A DNA stretch of 63,903 bases, filler included, from Reclinomonas americana ATCC 50394 (taxonomy: Eukaryota), in NCBI GenBank assembly GCA_048213135.1. It is 5 parts of 2 records of this genome, joined end to end, with 100 filler letters (N's around TTAATTAATTAA, not from the genome) between each part and the next. Parts side by side here need not be neighbours in the genome. Positions count along the whole stretch, not along the records: positions 53,363 to 60,893 come from PS015034.1; positions 60,994 to 63,903 come from PS015035.1; 3 more parts are not named here. One strand, written 5' to 3'. Within the stretch, counting starts at the first letter, position 1. Each line of letters opens with the position of its first letter. The notes under the pieces were generated by a model that saw only the letters and a list, made by a program, of their open reading frames with translations, did no database searches and was not told the DNA's origin. Made by a program: the position numbers and the translations under genes. Below are positions 55,359-63,903 of this stretch, piece by piece.

Positions 55359-55751
55359 ACTTCATACCTTTCCTTGTGTTTTCGTCGAGAGAAGTATATT
55401 TTATCTGGACGGCGAGTGCAATACAATTCTCCAACAAGTGCTGTGTATCCACAAGCCCTCTTTAGTGGTAGCAGCAGGGTTTTGTGTGGACGTGCGTGTT
55501 TACTATCGGATCGGATCCGGAGCTTCGCAATCGAGGACGTCGAGAATTGCGAACTGGATTGCGTTCATTAAGTATGATTTTGCAGTGCTGCAAGCAGAGA
55601 TTCGATCCTCTTGCATGAGCGCGGTCAACCACTCGAGAACCGGAGCATCGCAGCGCAGTTCGTCGCGTCGCGATTTCGTCGATCCGAAATGACATATCGG
55701 ACGTTGTTTGCATCGCGACAGAGCAGGAGACTGTGCGTGAGAAACAGAGCG

Positions 55752-55995
55752 ATGGCCACGCGCAAGTTTACGGACGAGGAAGTACGCGAGGTGCGTCTGC
55801 ACGCGCAGAGAGTGATTGATTGTTGCAAACTCAACTCTCGCTCACTCTCTCTCTCTCTCTCTTTGCTGTGTGAGTGCAGGCGTTTTCCAGCATGGATGTG
55901 GATGGCAATGGGTACATCAGTGCACAAGACTTGAGATTGTTTTATCGGTCGCTGGGCATCGAGTTGACTGATGATGAGGTGCGTGAGTGTGTGTG

Positions 55996-56047
<52 letters not shown>

Positions 56048-56137
56048 GAGGAGAGAGAGAGAGGAGGAAGGAAGGAAGGGAGGGAGGGAGGGGAGGGAGG
56101 AGGAGGAGAGAGAGAGANNNNNNNNNNNNNNNNNNNN

Positions 56138-56190
<53 letters not shown>

Positions 56191-56411
56191 AGAGAGAGAG
56201 TGGAAGAGGGAAAAAGTGGGAGAGGGGGAGGGAGGGAGAGAGGGCAAGAGAAGAGAAGAAAAGAGAAGAGCGAGAGAGAGCGGATTGAGCAACGCATTGA
56301 ATGGAGTGTCTGTGTGCACAGGTGGACATGATGATCAACGAGTTGGATGTGGATGGTGATGGGCAGGTGGCGTACTTTGAGTTCTCCAAGCTCACGCAGA
56401 TGAATGCGTGA
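55752..56411 (+). CDS. Single-lobe calmodulin-like protein (2 EF-hands, about 75 aa)
   Basis: Three exons give MATRKFTDEEVRE|AFSSMDVDGNGYISAQDL...LTDDE|VDMMINELDVDGDGQVAYFEFSKLTQMNA*. Confidence 0.85.
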
Positions 56412-56617
56412 TCAGCGTGTGTAATGTAAACGTGTATTTTGTGAACTCGGGATTTGCTCATCTCGAGGTAGATCCCATCGGCGTCGTGTGATGTTGGAGT
56501 TGGGTCGAGGTCAGTTGCCCCTCTCCCTTTCCCCTCTTGCTACGCGATCTCTGCGTTTCATTTTATTGTCATCCATTGTAAGGGTAGTCAATTAGAAAGG
56601 TTGCTAAAGGGAAGGAA

Positions 56618-57045
56618 TTACGGCCTCGGTGAACACAGCCGCGGCTCTCGCGTCGGGGCACCACTCGTGCGCAGACGCCGAGCCGAACATGGCTGGTCAC
56701 TGGAGGCATGGTAGGAAAAAAAGGATAGTCGATGAAGACTCGTAAAAGAATGAATCAGACAGGATGGGTCGGCAGCGGATTGTCGCTGGCAAAAGCGATA
56801 GGGAAGGGCGGAAGAGCGTGGCTGCTATCGCGCACCAGCGACTCGGTCCACCACCAAGGCATCTCTCCGCGGTGGGTACTCGCGTGTGCGCAAGCCAACT
56901 GCGGCACGCATGATGAGAAGATGGTGAGCGACGCGTCGCTGTTGACTGTCGTACCTCATACAACAGTTGGCGCGCCGACTTGCCAGCAATGTACGTGTCG
57001 TAGGAGCGAGGACGCACCTCACCGACGTGAAACTCGCTGTGAGGG
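56618..57045 (-). CDS. Possible 3' exons of an unidentified gene whose body lies in the adjacent gap
   Basis: Exon-like GC-rich segments with cag acceptors and a gag|gtacga donor; frame and product unresolved. Confidence 0.25.
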
Positions 57046-58120
57046 AGATGAGGGGAAGAGTGAGGGCGGCGGCGAGAAAAAGGAGAGACAACTCCACACT
57101 TGCGCAATTTGTGGAAAGAGAGAGAGAGAGAGAGAGAGAGAGGAGGGCGGAGGNNNNNNNNNNNNNNNNNNNNNNNNNNNNNNNNNNNNNNNNNNNNNNN
57201 NNNNNNNNNNNNNNNNNNNNNNNNNNNNNNNNNNNNNNNNNNNNNNNNNNNNNNNNNNNNNNNNNNNNNNNNNNNNNNNNNNNNNNNNNNNNNNNNNNNN
57301 NNNNNNNNNNNNNNNNNNNNNNNNNNNNNNNNNNNNNNNNNNNNNNNNNNNNNNNNNNNNNNNNNNNNNNNNNNNNNNNNNNNNNNNNNNNNNNNNNNNN
57401 NNNNNNNNNNNNNNNNNNNNNNNNNNNNNNNNNNNNNNNNNNNNNNNNNNNNNNNNNNNNNNNNNNNNNNNNNNNNNNNNNNNNNNNNNNNNNNNNNNNN
57501 NNNNNNNNNNNNNNNNNNNNNNNNNNNNNNNNNNNNNNNNNNNNNNNNNNNNNNNNNNNNNNNNNNNNNNNNNNNNNNNNNNNNNNNNNNNNNNNNNNNN
57601 NNNNNNNNNNNNNNNNNNNNNNNNNNNNNNNNNNNNNNNNNNNNNNNNNNNNNNNNNNNNNNNNNNNNNNNNNNNNNNNNNNNNNNNNNNNNNNNNNNNN
57701 NNNNNNNNNNNNNNNNNNNNNNNNNNNNNNNNNNNNNNNNNNNNNNNNNNNNNNNNNNNNNNNNNNNNNNNNNNNNNNNNNNNNNNNNNNNNNNNNNNNN
57801 NNNNNNNNNNNNNNNNNNNNNNNNNNNNNNNNNNNNNNNNNNNNNNNNNNNNNNNNNNNNNNNNNNNNNNNNNNNNNNNNNNNNNNNNNNNNNNNNNNNN
57901 NNNNNNNNNNNNNNNNNNNNNNNNNNNNNNNNNNNNNNNNNNNNNNNNNNNNNNNNNNNNNNNNNNNNNNNNNNNNNNNNNNNNNNNNNNNNNNNNNNNN
58001 NNNNNNNNNNNNNNNNNNNNNNNNNNNNNNNNNNNNNNNNNNNNNNNNNNNNNNNNNNNNNNNNNNNNNNNNNNNNNNNNNNNNNNNNNNNNNNNNNNNN
58101 NNNNNNNNNNNNNNNNNNNN

Positions 58121-58155
<35 letters not shown>

Positions 58156-58454
58156 CGGGCGAGGGAGGAGAATGAATTTCGCATCGATATCCCTCAGCCG
58201 CAAAAGGGCAGAGAGACTATGCAGGAAACAACGCGAAATTCGAGTGCTGACTTCTCTCTTTCCTCTTTCCGATACAGCAAAGGAGAGTAGAGGGCACGAA
58301 GGCAAAGACTTTGTCTTCACGGGCACAACAGATTAAGCATGTCCCTCGTTTCACATGCACAATTGTCAAGCAAAACAGTGAGGGTGAGAAGGAAGCAAAA
58401 AAGAACCGTTCCCTCATTCCCCCCTTTCCCCCAATTCCCCCTTTCCCCTTTCGC

Positions 58455-59321
58455 TCACCGATCACACGCCGCCACCATCACCCCATCATCCCCCGCATTC
58501 CGCCGCATCATCACCTCAAGGCACAGTGCCCGCAAGTGCGCCACACTTTTCGCCGACTCCGGCACGCTACGTATGGCATCGTTAAAGGGCTTCGCGCGAC
58601 TGCACGCAGTCACGTGGGCCTCCTGCATACGGCCGTAGAACAGCGGCTGCGGGGCGGGTCGATGAGGTGCGACAAGGATAAGGAAAAAAGCCAGAGCTCG
58701 AGGGGGAGACGCACATGTCGCAGCACGTCCTCCATGCACCCGACACGATCGGACGGACGCGCGTGCAGCATCAGCCGGATAAGATCGAACGCCTGCCAGA
58801 TCATCTCTGCACGACAATGTTGAGTGACATGGCTGAGCGGGCGGGCACGCGACAAAAAGACCCACCAGAATCGGTGAGACGACCAGCATCGTAGATGCTG
58901 TCGTAAAGCGAGTCGAGCGCCTCGTCAACGTCGTCGGCAGACGGCGCCCACTGAAAGAGGCTGCGTCCGCAAAACATCTCGGCCAGAATGCACCCGACCG
59001 AGAAGATGTCAACTCGCGCGGCGTCGTACTTGTAGCACCGGCTCACGTCGTTAAAATCGACCTCGGGAGCACGGTACAGCGCCGTGACCACACAGCCCGA
59101 GTAGAAGCCGGTCGGATCGTCCTCGGCATGCATGCCGCAGGCCAATCCGAAATCAATAAGCTGCAGCACCTGCTTATCAGCATCGCGCGCGCACACTCGG
59201 TCATCTCTCCCAGCCATCTTCTCGATATATCGCACCCATTCTCAATCACTGTTTTCCCAATCTCTTATTCTCTCTCCCCCTCTCGTTCCCAGTGTCTCTC
59301 GTTCTTGGTGCCTCTGTTTCC

Positions 59322-59385
<64 letters not shown>

Positions 59386-60377
59386 GCAACACGACACTCA
59401 CCAGTGCCTCGGTGCTGTTGCGCTCGACCAGAATATTCTCCGGCTTCAGGTCGCGGTGGCAGATGCCGAGCTGATGCAGCTCAAACACCTTGCGACAAAT
59501 GGAGTAGGCCAGATTTAGGAGGCGGTGGTCGCCGGTGACGAAACCACCATCCAGCACCTCACGCAGACTGCTGCCGCCGCACTCGAACANNNNNNNNNNN
59601 NNNNNNNNNNNNNNNNNNNNNNNNNNNNNNNNNNNNNNNNNNNNNNNNNNNNNNNNNNNNNNNNNNNNNNNNNNNNNNNCCAGCACAAACTTGTCCATCG
59701 TCAAGCACTTATGCGGGTCGGACGAAAACACGTCGACCAATCTAGGAGTGATCTTGACCTGTGCAACACAGTGCAAATGAGCTCACCAAGGCCTGCACAC
59801 ATGCAGCACGTCTTGAAGACACGACACGCAACATACTGCTCCTGCGCGGACAAGTAATCGACGACTTGCAGCTCGCGCCCAAATCGTCGCGCCAGCATGC
59901 CCTCAAAGTGCGAGTCGGGGAAGGTGCCGTCGGCCAGTTGAGTCGGCTCCTGGATCTTTACCACGCATCGTCCGTGGCGCGCATGCTCCGCGAGTCTGAC
60001 AACAAGCGAAAAGAGGGTCAAGTGATGTCGAGTTGGCATTTGAATCAAGAGTGGCGCTCTTTGTGTGTTGTCTGTGTGTGTGTCTGTGCTCGTATGTGTG
60101 CCTGAGAGAGCGAGCGGCAAAAGAGAGAAGGAGTGGAGAAAGAGTTGTCATGATCACTCGGAAATGTCGCCCCGTCTGCCCCGCCCGCTTCTCGTGCTGT
60201 CATGACACTGACTGTGTGTGTGCTCTCTGCTTCATGTGCTCACTTCACGACTCCGTACACGTTGCGCCCATTGCCGAGTCTCTTCTTGAGCTTGTATCCG
60301 CGTCCTACTGCAGCCGCCTGTGTCGCCAAGTACTTGGCCACAGCGACACAGCGAGAGGCGCCCCCTCTGTCCGACAT
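58455..60377 (-). CDS. Ser/Thr protein kinase, divergent CMGC-like
   Basis: YKLKKRLGNGRNVYGVV, VVKI, HRDLKPENIL, IDFGLA, VVTALYRAPE, DIFSVGCILAEM and DLIRLML. Confidence 0.88.
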
Positions 60378-60637
60378 GCTAAGGAGAGAGACAGTGCGTG
60401 TGGGTGTGCACTGCGCTCTTGCGACACAATCCCGACAACAAGATCTTTTTTTGGCTCGCATTCCGGACGGAGGACATACGCAGTGCAACATTCACCTCCT
60501 CGCCACACAACGCACGCAGCACCAGGTTGTCCACCTATCGCGTTGCTTCCAGCGCCACTTCAACAACGAAAAAACGTGCATCTCGGAGAAACTTTCCCGC
60601 ACAGAACGTCGACGTCGCTGGGCGGACATCATTTTGC

Positions 60638-60829
60638 ATGTCACTCTCACCGCGCAGACGACGAGGCCACGCCTCTTCCTCCTCTGCCTCTGCCTCTGTC
60701 TCCGATGCATCCTCGCCTCTCTCGGCCACGGAACTCCGCTCTCTGACTGCGACCATTGCCGACATTTGCGAGGAACTTCCCGAGCATTTGTGTGATCCAA
60801 TCAGTCACGCGCTCCTCGTGGATCCACTG
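60638..60829 (+). CDS. U-box-domain protein, first exon (truncated by the gap and linker)
   Basis: ELPEHLCDPISHALLVDPL matches the U-box start motif (P..F.CPI...LM.DPV). Confidence 0.6.
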
Positions 60830-60993
60830 GTGCATTTTCGCGATCACACGCACAATGAGAGAGAGAGAGAGAGTATGTGACTGTCTTCTCTTGNNNNNNN
60901 NNNNNNNNNNNNNNNNNNNNNNNNNNNNNNNNNNNNNTTAATTAATTAANNNNNNNNNNNNNNNNNNNNNNNNNNNNNNNNNNNNNNNNNNNN

Positions 60994-63868
60994 TTACGAC
61001 ATGGCGTCGTACGGTGCGCCGGCGGCCTACGGTGCCGCTCCGGTCGCCTACGACATGTCTGCGTACCCGGCCGAGGATCCCTACGCCGCGTCTGGCTACG
61101 CCGCGGCTCCGGCCGTGTACGGTGCGCCGCTGGCTGCGTACCCGTCACCACCACCTGGCCCGGCTGGCTACGGTGCCCCGGCCGGTGGCGCCGGTGGTTA
61201 CGGCGCACGTGCGCCGGCTGGCGGCAGTGCTGGACGGTACCACCCGTACCGAGGATGAGGGGAAAGTTTCGTCACCCATTTCACGCAGTGTGTCGTCGGT
61301 TGTTATTCGTAGCGGAAAAATCAGAAAGCAGTGTGTTTGTNNNNNNNNNNNNNNNNNNNNNNNNNNNNNNNNNNNNNNNNNNNNNNNNNNNNNNNNNNNN
61401 NNNNNNNNNNNNNNNNNNNNNNNNNNNNNNNNNNNNNNNNNNNNNNNNNNNNNNNNNNNNNNNNNNNNNNNNNNNNNNNNNNNNNNNNNNNNNNNNNNNN
61501 NNNNNNNNNNNNNNNNNNNNNNNNNNNNNNNNNNNNNNNNNNNNNNNNNNNNNNNNNNNNNNNNNNNNNNNNNNNNNNNNNNNNNNNNNNNNNNNNNNNN
61601 NNNNNNNNNNNNNNNNNNNNNNNNNNNNNNNNNNNNNNNNNNNNNNNNNNNNNNNNNNNNNNNNNNNNNNNNNNNNNNNNNNNNNNNNNNNNNNNNNNNN
61701 NNNNNNNNNNNNNNNNNNNNNNNNNNNNNNNNNNNNNNNNNNNNNNNNNNNNNNNNNNNNNNNNNNNNNNNNNNNNNNNNNNNNNNNNNNNNNNNNNNNN
61801 NNNNNNNNNNNNNNNNNNNNNNNNNNNNNNNNNNNNNNNNNNNNNNNNNNNNNNNNNNNNNNNNNNNNNNNNNNNNNNNNNNNNNNNNNNNNNNNNNNNN
61901 NNNNNNNNNNNNNNNNNNNNNNNNNNNNNNNNNNNNNNNNNNNNNNNNNNNNNNNNNNNNNNNNNNNNNNNNNNNNNNNNNNNNNNNNNNNNNNNNNNNN
62001 NNNNNNNNNNNNNNNNNNNNNNNNNNNNNNNNNNNNNNNNNNNNNNNNNNNNNNNNNNNNNNNNNNNNNNNNNNNNNNNNNNNNNNNNNNNNNNNNNNNN
62101 NNNNNNNNNNNNNNNNNNNNNNNNNNNNNNNNNNNNNNNNNNNNNNNNNNNNNNNNNNNNNNNNNNNNNNNNNNNNNNNNNNNNCCAGCGTATCCCGGGT
62201 ACGCGGCTACTGGTGGCGGAGCACCGTAGGGAGCTCCCGACGAGCGCGGGCCATACGCCACGCCACCACCGCGCGGCGCACCACGGCCGCCGCGGTAGTA
62301 GTCGCGATCTGTGGGGGGAGAAGGAGGAGAAGGAGGTTAGCAACACATATGCACAAGCACACGGGGCACACATAATCGATCAACGAGCCTCCCTCACCCT
62401 CGCGATAGCCACCGCTGCCGCCGGCACCACCAGCACCACCACCACCGTAGCCACCGCCGTAGCCACCGCCATACCCGCCACCGTAGCCACCAGCATATGG
62501 CGGCGGTGCGTATCCGTAGCCGTAGCCGGCGTAGGGATCCTCGTAGCCACCGCGAGGGTACTGATCGCGGCCACCGGGGCCACCACGGCCTCCACGCGGC
62601 GGTCCAGGGAATCGCGGCTCAGCTGCGGAACAGGGGGCGAGGTGAGAAGGGGGAAGGGAGGAGAAGGGGGGAAGGGAGGGAGGAAGGGGAGAAGGGAGGG
62701 GGGGAGGAGGAGGAGGAGGAGGNNNNNNNNNNNNNNNNNNNNGAGAGGGAGAGGGAGAGGGGAGAGGGGAGAGAGAGAGGGAGAGGGAAGAGGGAGACGG
62801 CAGGAGGAGAGAGAAGAGATGAGAGGAGAAGGAGAGGGAGAGGAAGAGGGAGAGGAAGACGGCGAGGAAAAGAGCGGCGAAAAGCAGGGATTAAGGGAGA
62901 GTGCAATAGAGAGCGCAGGACAGGGACAAGGGGTGGGAGGAGAAGGGAGGAGAGGGAAAGGGAGAGGAAGAGGAAGAGGGAGAGGGACAGAGAGAGGCAG
63001 ACAAACCTCGCTTGCACTCGCACTGCTTGCCGTCAATCTCGAATGTGCCCTTGTTGATGACGCTGTCCACAGTCGCCTCATCGTCAAACGTCACAAAGCA
63101 GAAGCCGCGCGGCTTGCCAGTCTCGTGATCACGCATGATCTGCACCGAGGTCACCGGGCCGTACTTTTCAAACACCGACCGCACCGTGTCTGCACAAAAG
63201 CACAAAGTCAGCAACTGACATCTGCAGAGAGAAGCACGACGGAACAGACCCTCGTTGGCATCCCACGAGAGACCGCCGATAAAGATCTTGTTCGTGCGCA
63301 GCGCGTACTGCTGGCTGTAAATCTGCTCCTTGGGCACAGCGCGCTTCACCTCAATCTGCACACAGAATGCATGAGAAGGACAAGCAACAAAAAATGAAGA
63401 AAAAGGAATGAGCGCAACTCGGCGTCCGTCCAGCAAGTGCTCCGGGTGGTTAATGATGCGCTCCAGCGTCTCGCGGTTGGCGCACTCGACAAACCCAAAG
63501 CCGCGTGGCTTGCCCGTCATGCTGTTCAACATGACCATGCCTGTGTGCGCCCACCAACAAAGAAACAACACATCAGCACGTGAGCAACACAGCGAGAACA
63601 AGTGGAAGAGTAGAATGCGAAGAGAGGAAGGAGAAAAGTGAAGAGACAATCCAATTTGGACTTGCCACTCTCCACACCCTCGTTCTCTCAAAACACAAAC
63701 GCAACAGTGTCGCAGCTCGCCAAACTTGCTAAAGTAGTCGCGCAGTTGATCTGCAAACGCGCAACTTTTGTTTAAGAGTCGCCACTCACAATAAGACTCA
63801 ACACTTGCAAAGCGCACACACACACCTTCTGTGGTGTCCCACGAGAGGCCGCCCACAAACACCTTGCT
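60994..63868 (-). CDS. Two-RRM hnRNP A/B / Musashi / Hrp1-family protein with Gly/Tyr-rich tail; final part (60994-61258) on an inverted contig; 5' end beyond the window
   Basis: KVFVGGLSWDTTE...KPRGFGFV and KIFIGGLSWDANE...KPRGFCFVTF; GGYGG tail; C-terminal GRYHPY (PY-NLS-like). Confidence 0.9.
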
Positions 63869-63903
63869 GCTCACACAAACAAACAAAGAGTGAGACACAC
63901 ACA

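Overview
Intron-dense eukaryotic nuclear DNA from a draft assembly, probably a flagellated protist (it carries GAS8/DRC4). The assembly has many N gaps, four artificial TTAATTAATTAA linkers and at least five mis-oriented contigs. About 20 compact multi-exon genes can be read by hand-splicing: two tandem acid-ceramidase-like (dcd1-type) Ntn hydrolases, D-lactate dehydrogenase, EF-hand proteins, a TPR protein, GAS8, DHX15/Prp43, a kinesin, TAF12, a NACHT-WD40 protein, a calpain, an ARM-like protein with FxFG repeats, a giant secreted EGF-repeat/Asp-box protein, a divergent CMGC-like kinase, a U-box protein and a two-RRM hnRNP. The most unusual signal is in the splice sites. (i) About 34 introns use a 5' donor shifted by one base (|GTTGCGT instead of G|GTGCGT). 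These almost never follow an exonic G and are conserved between paralogs. (ii) One intron is AT-AC with a major-type donor (ATGAGT...CAC), while the same intron in the tandem paralog is GT-AG. (iii) A tandemly amplified exon/intron/15-nt-microexon unit builds the FG repeats, and one copy uses a GC donor. All gene models are manual inferences without transcript data.
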